NCBI GenBank assembly: GCA_951406725.2
Contig: OX597824.1
Coordinates: 21,948,001-22,012,000 of the forward strand
Source: Octopus vulgaris
Taxonomy: Eukaryota
DNA length: 64,000 bases
Direction: 5' to 3'
How positions within the stretch are numbered: the first letter of the stretch is position 1; each line of letters opens with the position of its first letter. A model generated the notes under the pieces. The model was not told the DNA's origin. It made no database searches and worked only from the letters and a program-made list of their open reading frames with translations. The translations under genes and the position numbers were made by a program. Positions 12,351 to 27,620 of this stretch are shown here, one piece after another.

Positions 12351-12425
12351 CAGTAAAAATCATAATGATAACAAGAATAATAATAATAATAAGGAATGAG
12401 TAACATGAGATAACATGTAGCAGTG
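11680..12425. repeat. Degenerate minisatellite with recurring TAACATGT(A/G)G core, followed by (CTA)n/(AAT)n/(GAT)n
   Basis: The core recurs at irregular ~20-40 bp spacing; trinucleotide runs at 12240-12390. Confidence 0.75.
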
Positions 12426-12633
12426 ACAAGTAATGTGTTATATTTATGTATAAGATAGACATTACATCACATGACATAAAGCCTCTGAAGAGACAAGATG
12501 AGAAAAGCAAACAAAAAAAGTTGATGTTTATTCGTTTAATGTTTCAGTTTTTAAGATTGAAATTCATAGGCTTCTTCCCACTTGAAGTATGTCTTCTAGA
12601 GACTACTGGCTCTCTCTCTTTCTCCTCCGTCAC

Positions 12634-12635
<2 letters not shown>

Positions 12636-12675
<40 letters not shown>

Positions 12676-12785
12676 TATATATCTACATACATACATACAT
12701 ACATGCATACACAAACATTTATATGCAAACATGTGTACACTCATATGCATACTCATACATATACATTGCATTATATCATAACTAC

Positions 12786-12848
<63 letters not shown>

Positions 12849-12877
12849 TATATTTATATACATATATACACACACAC

Positions 12878-12908
<31 letters not shown>

Positions 12909-13047
12909 CATCTATATACATATATATATACATATATATATATACACACATATATATATATATACATATATATATATACACACATATATATACATATATA
13001 TATATACACATACATATATATATATTTATACACACATATATATACAC

Positions 13048-13081
<34 letters not shown>

Positions 13082-13249
13082 ATATACACATACATATACA
13101 TATATATATATAGACATGTATATATATACATATATATATATATATGCATACATAACTAAACACATACACTAACATACAAACCTATATATATTTGCACACA
13201 TGCACGCATTCATACACATCACATACCCATGCATTTATACTTTGCGCTA

Positions 13250-13291
<42 letters not shown>
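12636..13291. repeat. Compound (TA)n/(CA)n microsatellite
   Basis: Direct reading. Confidence 0.97.
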
Positions 13292-13294
<3 letters not shown>

Positions 13295-13709
13295 TAAAAT
13301 AGGTAAGGAAAGCAGACAGGCTTATCTCTTCTGCTAAAACATATCTATCTTACTAAACATCAGAATGATAGGTTTTCAGGCAGTGAAGATCTGTGTGTGT
13401 GTGTGTGTGTGTTTGTGTATTGAAGGTAGACGGGGATACAGAGATATGAGGTGGAAAATTGATAGGAAAAAGAAGTAAAGAGAATGATCATGGGAGAGAG
13501 AATATGAGACAGACAGACAGATAGAATGATTGAACAAGGGACTGAGGAGACATCTCAACTGATAGAATGGAGTCCTAAAAAAAAAAAAAATCAAAAACAA
13601 AAAAATACCCATTGCTCTACCTTTGAGTAGGATATTGGGTAGAGAGAGAGATACTAAGAACTGACTGATGACGTCATATACATATAAATATATAAAATGG
13701 TTTCAGATT

Positions 13710-13862
13710 TAAACACAAGGCCAGCAAATCAGGGTGGGGTGAGGTAAGTCAAATATATAGACTCCAGGAAGCAACTGGTACTTATTCTGTTGATTCAGAA
13801 AGAATGGAAAGCAAAGCCAAGCTCAATGAATTCAAACTCAGAACATACAGATGGATGAAATG
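13710..13862 (-). mobile_element. Degenerate SINE family C fragment
   Basis: aactggtacttattctgttgattcagaaagaatggaaagcaaagcc...aactcagaac resembles 57520-57590. Confidence 0.6.
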
Positions 13863-13864
13863 CA

Positions 13865-14135
13865 TGTAAAAGCACCCACTACACTCTCAGAGTGGTTGGC
13901 ATTAGGAAGGGCATCCAGCTGTAGAAACTTTGCCAGATCAGACTGGAGCCTGGTGCAGCCTCTGGCTCACCAGTCCTCAGTCAAACCATCCAACCCATGC
14001 CAGCATGGGAAGCGGACGTAAAATGATGATGATGATGATCATCATCATCGTCGTTTAACATCCGTGATGATGATGATGATCATCATCATTTTACGTCCGC
14101 TTCCCATGCTGGCATGGGTTGGATGGTTTGATGAT
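13865..14135 (+). mobile_element. SINE-like family B 3' part with inverted duplication of its tail
   Basis: gtggttggcattaggaagggcatccagctg...ggacgtaaaatgatgatg, followed by a reverse-complement copy of the last ~55 bp. Confidence 0.88.
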
Positions 14136-14716
14136 GATAATACACACACACATAATATATGTTACACTGACATTGTGAAAGAAGAAGAGAGAGACATAAT
14201 ATAGACTTGATAAAGCTTGGATACTTAGTGTGTTGATACAATGCTGTGTTTAGCTGACAAGGGCAGAATAAAATTTAAACCTGTCTAGAGTTGTCTTTCA
14301 TGTTTGCCTACAAAATTGAAAATAATAGTATACTTTGAAATGACTAACACCAATTATTTCTATGAAGTGAGGGTAAATTCTAATGTTTCAAATAAGGTTT
14401 CTTTACTTGAAAAAGGACGCACAATCTTGTTCGAGGGCATACATATTGGTTATATATACATAAGGAGCTGCGGTGTATGTACATCCTATAAACCAATAAA
14501 TTATTCAACAAGACATCATTGCTAGCACTAAAAATACAATTATGAATTCTGAATGGAACTTGCCTTCTAGATAATTAGGCAAATACGTACAAGAAGGTAA
14601 GGATGATTAAAGCAAAAACTGAACTGCTACACTTAAAGCAAGTTCCTTGTCTGCAAATCTATAATTATCACACAGTATATTTTATTACATAACTTGTTTT
14701 TTTTATTTAAAGCTTT

Positions 14717-14991
14717 CATCATCATCATCGTCATTTAACGTCCGTTTTCCATGCTAGCATGGGTTGGATGGTTCGACTGGGATCTGTGAAGCCAGGAGGC
14801 TGCACCAGGCTCCAGTCTGATCTGGCAGTGTTTCCACAGCTGGATGCCCTTCCTAATGCCAACCACTCCATGAGTGTAGTGGGTGCTTTTTACGTGCCAC
14901 CGGTACAGGGGCCAGAGGAGGCTGGCAAAGGCCATGATCAGCTTTGTGAGTGGATTTGGTAGACAGAAACTGAAGCAAAGCTCATCGTATT

Positions 14992-15037
<46 letters not shown>

Positions 15038-15280
15038 TGTCTGTCTTTATTTGACCCCACCACCACCACCACCACCACCACCACTTGACAACCAGTGTTA
15101 GTTTGTTTATGTTCCTGTAACTTAGCTGTTCAACAAAAAGAGTCCAGTAAAATAAGTACCAGGTTTTAAAAATAATAAGTACTGGGGTCGATCTATTCAA
15201 TTATAAAATCCTTCAAGGTGGTGCGCCCCAACATGGTCGCAGTCCAAAGATTGAACCAAGCAAAAAATAAAAGATAACAT
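14717..15280. mobile_element. Family B fragment (minus, 14717-14940) abutting a headless family A-like copy (plus, 14941-15280)
   Basis: The B sequence switches directly into ttgtgagtggatttggtagacagaaactgaag of family A. Confidence 0.8.
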
Positions 15281-15383
15281 CTTGATGGTTTTTATGCTTG
15301 TTTTTACGTTAATTTTGTTCCTTCTTTTTCCTTCAGTTTTCCCCATTATCACATAAGTTAAAGAGATCTATAGAATATAGATA

Positions 15384-15790
15384 GGCGCAGGAGTGGCTGT
15401 GTGGTAAGTAGCTTGCTAACCAACCACATGGTTCCGGGTTCAGTCCCACTGCGTGGCATCTTGGGCAAGTGTCTTCTACTATAGCCCCGGGCCGACCAAT
15501 GCCTTGTGAGTGGATTTGGTAGACGGAAACTGAAAGAAGCCTGTCGTATATATGTATATATATATATGTGTGTGTGTTTGTGTTTGTCCCCCTAGCATTG
15601 CTTGACAACCGATGCTGGTGTGTTTACGTCCCCGTCACTTAGCGGTTCGGCAAAAAGAGACCGATAGAATAAGTACTGGGCTTACAAAGAATAAGTCCCG
15701 GGGTCGATTTGCTCGACTAAAAGGCGGTGCTCCAGCATGGCCGCAGTCAGATGACTGAAACAAGTAAAAGATAAAAGATAAAAGAAGATA
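15384..15790 (+). mobile_element. SINE family A, near-intact reference copy
   Basis: Pol III A-box-like TGGCTGTGTGG (15394-15404) and B-box-like GGTTCAGTCCC (15437-15447). Then CORE-like cttgggcaagtgtctt, an internal (TA)n(TG)n tract, a 3' body and an (AAAAGAT)n tail. Confidence 0.95.
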
Positions 15791-16428
15791 ATATATATAT
15801 ATCTTAATTCTCACTGTATCCCCATTTTACTTGTCTGTCTGTGCACATATATGCCTCCATGCACACATTTTATGTCCACATATATATACATGTGCACTAC
15901 ATCTCTCAGAACACACCTATATCATGCATCACGTACAATTGTTAATTCAAGCAGCCATCTCATCCGTGTAACATAATCTTTCATGATGTGTGCACAGTGA
16001 CGGTTAAAACATTATTTATTTCTCCTGTGGGTTGGCAGTTGAAAGAAATTAAAATATGCTTGAAATAAATTATAAATTGTGAAATCATCTAAAATCACAA
16101 CAGCATGAGTTAACGATGGGAGTTAACAATGGCAGCAGTGATGGTGACAATGGTGACATGGTAATAGTAGTAGCAATAGTAGTTCTATTGGTGGTAGTAG
16201 TGATACTAGTGTTGCTGATAATCATAAATGGCTTTAAAATGTGTGTGTGTGATGGAGTCTCTTGTTGTGACCGACAAATGAGGGTTCTGTAAAATAAAGT
16301 GGTAATCATGTTCTGTGGACATGAATGTGTCTCTTGAGGCCTGCTGGTGCCTCGCAAACATTTTGGCAAATGGGACAAGTTGAGGACTCTGTTTGAGTGC
16401 TTGTGGATATATATATATATATATATAT

Positions 16429-16706
16429 CTAGGTCTGTGGGTAGACCGTTCTTACGTTACAAGGATGTTTGCAAAAGAGACATGAAGGCCTGCAACATCA
16501 AAATTAGCAGTTGGGAAGCAATTGCCAGCAACCATGGAGATTGGCGACGTACCGTAAAAGAGAGAATACAAAGGAGTGACAGAGAGAGAGAGAGGAGAAA
16601 TGGAAGGACAAGAAAAGACGTCAACAAGAAACTATGACATTACAACCAGCCAGGCAAAGTTTTCGCTACATTTGTGGCACCTGACAGAGGGAGTGTTTGT
16701 CCAGGA
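16429..16706 (+). mobile_element. RTE/BovB-clade LINE C-terminal fragment
   Basis: GRPFLRYKDVCKRDMKACNIKISSWEAIASNHGDWRRTVKE plus a decayed C-x2-C finger (atttgtggcacctga...tgtttgtccagg). Flanked by (TA)n. Confidence 0.85.
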
Positions 16707-16744
16707 TATATATATGTATGTATATATATATATATATATATGTC

Positions 16745-17043
16745 GAGGCACATGACCAAGTAGTTAGAGCAGCAGACTCGCAGTCAAGGGATCGCGGGTT
16801 TGAATCTCAGACCGGGCAATGTGTGTGTTTATGAGCGAAACACCTAAGCACCACGTTGCTCTGGCAGAAGGTAATGGCAAACTTCTGACTCTTTCGCCAC
16901 AACTTTCTCTCACTCTTTCTTCCTGCATCTAGCAGCTCACCTGCGATGGACTAGCGTCCCATCCAGGTGGGGAGCCTATACGCCAAGGAAACTGGGAAAC
17001 CAGCCCTAATGAGCCAGTCATGGCTTAAGAGGGAACAAACAAA
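16745..17043 (+). mobile_element. tRNA-derived SINE family E
   Basis: tRNA-like head (agttagagcagcagactcgcag...gggtttgaatctc). Reverse copy at 28412-28719. Confidence 0.88.
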
Positions 17044-17069
17044 ACACACACACACACATATATATATAT

Positions 17070-18080
17070 CTTTTACTAGTTACAGTTACTGGACTACAGC
17101 CATGTTGGGGGACCATCTTGAAGGGTGTTAGCCAAACAAGTCAACTAATCCCAGTACTTATTTTTTAAATTTGATACTTATTCTGTCATTCTCTTTTTGC
17201 CAAACTGCTAAGCTATGGGTTTATCAACTGGTCATCAAGAAGTGTGGAGAGACAAATACAGACCTGTCCTTCTCAGCAAAAACTGAGTTCTAGAAGTTCT
17301 ATGTGTTGTGCTCTCCACAAATATTACATGCTCTCCACCCATGTATTAGGCCTGTCTCTTCTCCATCCCCTTCGCTCTTGCAGACTACCCAACCATGTCA
17401 TCCCCCTCACCAGCAACTGTTTTGACTTTATCACTCCTGTGTTCCTATTGATATTCTCTTGTGAATTCTTCTATCTCCCCCAGCTCACAGCTCCTCTCTC
17501 ATCCACCCTTAATCCCTTTTGGGAGTCTGTGTCCCCATCTCATCATTCTCCTTCACGTACAATCTTGACAACTGATTTTTCACTTCATCTTGAGCCTTGA
17601 GGGGCCACCTAAGGTACCTTACTGTTGTTATCCCCCACATGCAGCTCTTCTGTTCCTTTTCTCTTTCGCTCCCCTTTCCCTAAGTAGATGCTAATAGCTA
17701 TGTAGATCCTCTACAAGAACCTGCATTGCTGCTCCTACCCTTTCTCACAGTTCAATCCCATCATCCCCTAACATGAAGCCAAGTTCCCACCAGGGTTTGC
17801 AGTTCTGCAAGCTGCAGACCCTCATGCACGAACAGTGAAGTTGACATGAAAAAAAGCATGCAAGCATGTCAAGATGAAGAGAAGTATGACATCACATGCA
17901 CACACACACTCATACATATGCAATGGGCTTAAGTTTCCATCAACTGATTTCACTTCAAAGGTATTGGTCAAGCCACAGCTAAAGTAGAGGACATTAGCTG
18001 ATAGTGTCCATGCAGTGAGACCGAAACCCTAGTTAAGTGGCTCTAAACCAAATTTCTTAAACATACAACTATGACTGCAA
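17070..18080 (-). mobile_element. Old family A-like SINE split by a ~630-bp pyrimidine-rich insert (about 17263-17890)
   Basis: The 3' body at 17070-17262 and the head at about 17900-18080 match family A loosely; the sequence between them is unrelated. Confidence 0.6.
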
Positions 18081-18313
18081 CTAAATCATAATCTTTATCA
18101 TCATCACTTAACATCCGTTTTTCCATGCTGGCATGGGTTGGATGGCTTAAGAGGAGCTGGTAAGGCCAGAAACTACACAAGGCGCCATTATGTGTATATG
18201 TGTGTGAGTGTGCATGTGTGTGTTTTGTGTGTGTGTGTGTATGATGTATCATGTACTGATATGCACCTGCGTGCAGATATACAAATGTGCGTGTGTGTGT
18301 GTGTATACACATA

Positions 18314-19150
18314 CAGGGTGGGGTGAATACACTGTCATCTAAATTACGCAAAAATGAAAATAACACTGACATCTTAAAAGATGTATTTACCAAAATTACA
18401 TAAAAATATTTTGAAATACTAAAGAGTAAATTTATTCCACAAAATCAGCATTCGCTTCAACCACAGCCTTCAGACGACTTTAGAATCTCCTGCAACTCTT
18501 CTGGACAGTCTCCTTGCTTAAGTTGGTGAATGCTGCCATAATCTTTACCTTCAATTCATTTTCGGTGTTACAAGGAGTTTTGTTGGTCTCTTGTTCAACT
18601 GTGCTCCACACATGATAACCAAGGGGGTTGCAGTCTGGGGAGTTAGGTGGCCAGATGTTAGGGGGTGATGTGGTCGCAGTTATTGTCTGACAGGCATGAC
18701 TGGGTTCTCCTGCTTGTGCGGAATGCTGCAGAGTCCTGTTGCCAGACATAGGGTCTTCCAGCAGCCACCCTCTTGACCCAGGGCAGCACTACCTTTACCA
18801 GGCACTTGATGTAGGCCTCTGTGTTGAGTCTGAGGCTATGTGGGAAGAAGAATGGAAGCATAGCGTTGCCATCACTAGTGATCACTGCAAACACCATGAT
18901 GTTGACTGGATGTTTGATTTTTGTCACTCTTGGTGCATGTTCGTATTGGAGCTTACAGTGCGAATGCCTAACAGTACAGCATGTTGTTTCCAAATTTCTG
19001 GCAGAGTGAATTGTGTAATGGTGCTGTTTTTCTCACAGACAGTGCCCAACTGTCCCTACTATACTGTGTAGTCAACAAAATCAAAAACAAACAATGTGCA
19101 TATGTGAAATTTAAAATATAAGAGGGCGACAATTTACCCATTGCACCCTG
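18314..19150 (-). mobile_element. Internally deleted DD37D (maT-like) element, copy 2
   Basis: TA|CAGGGTG...CACCCTG|TA. Encodes RPYVWQQDSA and WPPNSPDCNPLGYHVW across frameshifts. Collinear with 252-1103. Confidence 0.92.
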
Positions 19151-19299
19151 TATATAAATCATATGTGTGTATGTGTGCGTGTATGTGTGTGTGTATGTGT
19201 GTGTGTGTGTGTGTGTACATCACAATACATTAACACACTTGTTATTGTCAATGACAATAAAGGATCTTTCTCACTGCACACACTGCACAATAGATAGAT

Positions 19300-19740
19300 T
19301 GCATTAAGCCTGCGTATGAAGTGCAATAACGTTGCAGGGTATTAAAATGCAGGGCATTGAAAGTGGCGGATGGATGTGCAAAGCTATGGAGAGGAAAAGA
19401 GAGAGAGAGAAAGAGAAGGAGAGAAAGAGAGGAAATGAAATGAGTGTGATCCGCTGGATGTGCAACATTAACTTGCATGAAAGGCAAAGAGCATAAGTGA
19501 AATGCGAAAGTGGCTAGACATTAGCTGGTGTGTGCATGAGATGCAGCTGTGATGTAAATAAATGGACAATACCTGCTGGATGAAAAAGTGTCAGCTGCTG
19601 ATAGTGAAAGGCTTTTGAAGGCAACAGAAGGCTAAAAGACGACATAGAAGAACTGAAGATCAGTTCATAGGATATTGGATCTTAAAGGCGAAATAACACG
19701 GGGGATGAGGAAAAGTGGTACATTGCTGCCACGGTGGAGA
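19300..19740 (+). mobile_element. Degenerate RTE-like LINE fragment
   Basis: IRWMCNINLHERQR and WMKKCQLLIVKG align by eye with the better preserved fragment at 41425-41732. Confidence 0.6.
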
Positions 19741-19784
19741 TTCATTCAATTCACACACACACCGTTACAGATGAAAGTCGTTAA

Positions 19785-20305
19785 AATGATGATGACAGAG
19801 ATGGTGATGATGATACGGATGATAATGGTGATGATGATAAGGATGATAATGATGATGATGGCAGTGATGATGATAATGGTGATGACATTGATGATGCTGA
19901 TGATGACTGAGATGATGACGACAATGGCGGTGGTGATAGTGACAGTGATGGTGTTGATGATGATGATGATGATGATGAAAAGATGGTGATGAGGATGAAA
20001 ATGATAATGATGACGATGATGATGATGAAAAGATGGTGATGATGATGAAAATGATGAAGATGATTATGATGATGATGATGATGATGAAAAGATGGTGATG
20101 ATGATGAAAATTATAATGATGATGATGATGATGATGAAGATGATGATGATGAAAATTATAATGATGATGATGATGATGAAGAAGATGATAATGATGATGA
20201 TGATGATGATGATGAAAATGATGATGATGATGAAAATTATGATGATGATGATAATGATGATGATGATGATGATGAAGATGGTGATGATGATGATATTGAT
20301 GGAGA
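19785..20305. repeat. (GAT)n-rich trinucleotide microsatellite
   Basis: Direct reading; source of the poly-Met and poly-His ORFs. Confidence 0.97.
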
Positions 20306-21139
20306 TAATTTTTAGTGTTTTGGAACAAAAAATTTAAAAAAAAAACACAAGTAAGATACTGCAAGTGTTACGTGTTCGTGGTGTTTGGAAAGAGGACAAA
20401 AAAGAAAAAATTGCAAAACTGAAGGTAAAATAAAAAATATATAAATAAATGAATGAATAAATAAATAGATAAATAAATAAATAAATACCAGAAGAGAATG
20501 TGTTAAGCTGGAAAGAATTGACATCCTTTAAATGTCAGCTGAAATATTTCCATTCGGTTAAGCTACCAAATCTCTCACTCGTTATCCACCAATTCATTTC
20601 GGATTTTACAATCCCATGCATACGCGACAACGTATTTATATGTACATAGCAGATATGAAGTAAGATTTCTTCATTTACTTTTTTTTAAATAGTGTTTATA
20701 GTTGCTTGTTAATTTACAAGAGACCTCAACAACCTTTACTGATTAAATGGTAACCACTAAAAGATAATTGGTTGCAAAATAAATGTCAAGCTTAATACCT
20801 ACATCTGCTTCAGTTGGGAAATGAAATAGATCAATAGAAAATCTATTAGTGGAATATATAACAAGTTCTCAATGAATACTTTTGTAGTTTTGTTCCTGTC
20901 AAATGAATAGATACAGAAATTTGTTTCTCTCTTGTAGCAAAAAGAAGATGAAGAAGAAGAAGAAGGAGGTGAAGAATTGTCAGAGAGGAAAAGAAGAGAA
21001 ACAAAAGAAGAATATGTTTTTAAAGAGGAATCAAGAGTTAATTTGCAGTCAATTTTGAACAGAGTATTATTGTTCTGCAGTTAAGTGGACACCTGTATAT
21101 GATTTCTTTCAAAACATTTGAGTGGAATCAAAAAAGGAC

Positions 21140-22000
<861 letters not shown>

Positions 22001-22582
22001 GTAGCATCAGGATTGACAGAAATAAATTTCAATGCAACAGCAGAAAATAGTGTAACAAAGAATATAAACTGGGCAATCAATGAAGGATAAATAGAATATA
22101 AATGCATTTTGATAGGGTTTAGGTGTTATACTAGCTTGTTGGTGGCAGTGATGGAGCAGTGCACTAAATGCCTAGCAGCATTTAACTCTGTTTCCCATGC
22201 ATCTCGAGTTCAAATCTCCTTGGGTGTGAGTTGGTTTCATTTTTTTTTTTTCTTTCTTAAAAAAAATTAAAGCAACTCTCAGGATCGATAAAATAATCAT
22301 CTTTCACAAACTAGGTTTGATTTAATGAACCATATATTTTGATTTACAATATTTGCTCTGGAGGATTCTCAAAAAAAAAAAAAAAAAAAAAAAACCCCAG
22401 ATTGCTGACTAATTGGCTAAAGTGTTTCTGATGCGGTGTCCCGGGGGTGGGGAAGAACAAAGACCAAAAAAACCTTGACCTATCAACAATGTAGTTTACA
22501 GTTACAGTTGCAGGCAAGGTTATAGAATAGGTATACAATGTCCCTACATGTCGTAAGAGGTGATCAAAAACGTTTGGTGATA

Positions 22583-22973
22583 TACTCTTTTACTCTTTAC
22601 TCATTTATGTTTCAGTCATTTGACTGTGGCCATGCTGGAGCACCGCCTTTAGTCGAGCAGATCAGCCCCAGGACTTATTCTTTGTAAGCCTAGTACTTAT
22701 TCTATCGGTCTCTTTTTGCTGAACTGTTAAGTTACGGGGATGTAAACACACCAGCATTGGTTGTCAAGCGATGTTGTGAGGACAAACACAGACACACAAA
22801 CACACACACACATATATATATATATGACGGGCTTCTTTCCATTTCCATCTACTAAATCAACTCACAAGGCTTTCGTCGGCCTGAGGCTATATTAGAAGAC
22901 ACTTGTCCAAGGTGCCACGCAACGGGACTGAACCCAGAACCATGTGGTTGGTAAGCAAGCTACTCCTGCGCCT
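22583..22973 (-). mobile_element. SINE family A
   Basis: Full match, with a small deletion in the head. Confidence 0.92.
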
Positions 22974-23019
22974 ATATGTAAATTTATGGAACGAAATATA
23001 AATAAGTAAAATATACAAA

Positions 23020-23655
23020 GTGCTGGTGTCGTGTAAGAAGCACCCAGCACACTGTATAAAATGGTTGGCTTTGGGAAGGGTATCCAGCCATAGAGATCAT
23101 GCCAAATCAGATTGGAACCTGGTACAGCTCTCCTGCGAACCAGCTCATCAAACTGTTCAACCCATGCCAGCATGGAGAACAAACGTTAAATGATGATGAT
23201 GATGATGATGATCTTGATAATGCAGAGTGTGGAATTTTCATGGATCTCATTGGTGTAAATAATTCAAACAGTACAATAAATTTTATTCCAGACAATGTAG
23301 CTTCAAGTAAACTATGTTTGACAATATATATATATGGAAATTGTAGTTGTGATACCTGTGCTGGTGGCACGTAAAAAGCACCATCCGAACGTGGCCGATG
23401 CCAGCGTCGCCTTAACTGGCTTCTATGCCGGTGGCATGTAAAAAGCACCAACCGATCGTGACCACTGCCAGCCTGCTCTGGCACGTAAAAAGCACCCACT
23501 ACACTCATGGAGTGGTTGGCATTATGAAGGGCATCCAGCTGTAGAAACACTGCCAGATCAGACTGGAGCCTGGTGTAGCCTCCCGGCTTCCCAGACCTCA
23601 GTCAAACCGTCCAACCCATCATACACGGAAAACGGACGTTAAATGATGATGATGA
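23020..23655 (+). mobile_element. Two family B copies (about 23020-23212 and 23340-23655)
   Basis: Both end in aacgttaaatgatgatgat or ggacgttaaatgatgatgat. The second has three ggcaYgtaaaaagcacc units. Confidence 0.85.
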
Positions 23656-23896
23656 TATATATATATATATATATATAAATACATATATATAAATACATAT
23701 ATAAATAATGAATGGATGAAAGACTGAATGGTTGGTGTTGAAAGACAGATGTTTCATCACATGATTTGCTTCTTGACCAGTTGACCACAGTTGGTCACAG
23801 CTGACCTGAGGTTAAACAGCAACCTAAACTGTGTCTTTTTCCTCATAACAGACACTTCAATGTTTCATTCTACACTCTCTAAATCTACTGCACTGA

Positions 23897-24340
23897 GTCA
23901 TCATCATCAGTATCACCATCATTATCATCATCATCATCATTACTGTCATCATCACCACCACCATCATCATAGTCATGCCCACCATTGTCACCACATCATC
24001 GGCATGTTCATCATTACAACCACCACCACCACCACCACCACCATCATCATATCCCACCTCACTCCCACAATTACCACCCCCACAGTAACATTTATCATCT
24101 TGATATTTTTTTAAAATGTTATTTGCAAAAAGAAATCTTAATCCAAAAATTTCAGCTGTTGACAGAGAGAGAGAGAGGGGGGGGGGGAGAAAGAGAGAGA
24201 GAGCACAAAAAAGCAAAGAGAGAGAAAGAGAGGGAGAATGAGAGGAGCACAGAAAGACAGACAGGCGACAAGAAGGGTAAGAGAGAGGGAGTTAGAGAGA
24301 GAAAGCTAGAGAAAGAGCAAGACAGAGAGAAAGAGATAGG
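23897..24340. repeat. (CAT)n/(CAC)n tract and GA-rich low-complexity tract
   Basis: Direct reading. Confidence 0.85.
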
Positions 24341-24437
24341 ATGATACATTGCTGAACTGATAAATCACCCAAACACTGAAATGTTATTTATTTCACTCTA
24401 TATAAATAGTAGACATACATGAGAAATCCATGTGTTA

Positions 24438-24439
<2 letters not shown>

Positions 24440-24479
<40 letters not shown>

Positions 24480-24502
24480 CTATCTACACACTCACACACA
24501 AA

Positions 24503-24576
<74 letters not shown>

Positions 24577-24729
24577 CATATATATACACATACATATAGA
24601 TATACACATACATATATATACATATACATATATATACATACATACATATATATACATACATACATATACATATATACACATATATATATATACATACATA
24701 TATATATATATACACATATATATATATAC

Positions 24730-24760
<31 letters not shown>

Positions 24761-24810
24761 CATATACATATATACATACATATTTATATATACATACATA
24801 TATATATATA

Positions 24811-24841
<31 letters not shown>

Positions 24842-24850
24842 ATATACATA

Positions 24851-24885
<35 letters not shown>

Positions 24886-25415
24886 CATATATATATACAT
24901 ACATATATATATATATACATACATATATATATATACATACATATATATATATATACATACATATATATATACATACATATATATATATATACATACATAT
25001 ATATATACATACATACATATATATATATACGTACATATATATATATATATATATATACGTACATATATATATATAGACACATGTACATATATATATAGAC
25101 ACACGTACATATATATATATATATATAGACACACAATATGTGAGTGTGTGCATGTGCGGAAGTGTAAGAGCATGTATGCACATGTGGTAGTGAGTGTATA
25201 TCATGGCTGGCAAGTAAAAGCTGAAGCTATTGACCCATTAAATGTGAAGAATATAGATATCATGACACCAATGACAGAAGCGAAATTCTTCACTCACAGC
25301 CAAACTAAAACACAACCGCATTCCTAAGTTGAAACACTTGGGGGAGGGGGAGCAAAAGTATTTTTTAATTTTTATCATAAAGCATGTATAAATAAATACA
25401 TACACCCACATTTAA

Positions 25416-25450
<35 letters not shown>

Positions 25451-25810
25451 GGTACACACATTTATATATATATATATAAATGTGTGTACCTATATATATG
25501 TGTGTGTGTGTGTATATATATATGTATATATGTGTGTGTATATATATATATATATATACATAAACACACACATACATACACAAACAAATATACATACACA
25601 CAAACACATTTATATACATGCCTATATACATATGTATACACAAATAGACACATATATATATATACACACATATACATATATATATGTAGACACATCACAT
25701 ATGCACACACACACACATATATATACACATACACACACGTATTTATACACAGCCACATACACTGATGCATATAAATATATATGCATGTGTGTGTATGTGT
25801 ATGAGGTGTG
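24440..25810. repeat. Two compound (TA)/(CA)/(CATA) microsatellite blocks separated by ~200 bp of unique sequence
   Basis: Direct reading. Confidence 0.95.
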
Positions 25811-26079
25811 CATTACATAAGCATGTATGCTTATGAGTACACAAATCACTATGCTATTTTCCCCTCACAGTGGCAGCGGTACACAGCACTGTTTGTTTGG
25901 ATTTCTCCCACCATCTCTAACTTCCTTGGGGAGTATAAAGAAAATATTGTAAATATAAAGCAAACGAAAATGAAATTTAAAGATGACAGTTCAGTGAAAG
26001 TCACTTCATTTTCAACTCAACATTGCCGCCAGTTCAACAGCTAATTTTTTCACATATGACATATCAAATACTACACAAA

Positions 26080-27620
<1,541 letters not shown>

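Noticed and set aside
15384-15460. tRNA gene suggested by A and B boxes (also at 16745, 28640-28719 and 58667)
   Set aside because: The boxes belong to multi-copy SINE heads continuing into SINE bodies; no complete cloverleaf was established.
19675-20364. Poly-Met and poly-His ORFs
   Set aside because: Products of a (GAT)n repeat; no splice or compositional support.
20938-21084. Acceptor-like tttctctcttgtag followed by 48 open codons (QKEDEEEEEGGEELSERKRRE...)
   Set aside because: Purine-rich low complexity explains the open frame, there is no convincing donor, and the peptide is unrecognised. It cannot be excluded without RNA-seq.
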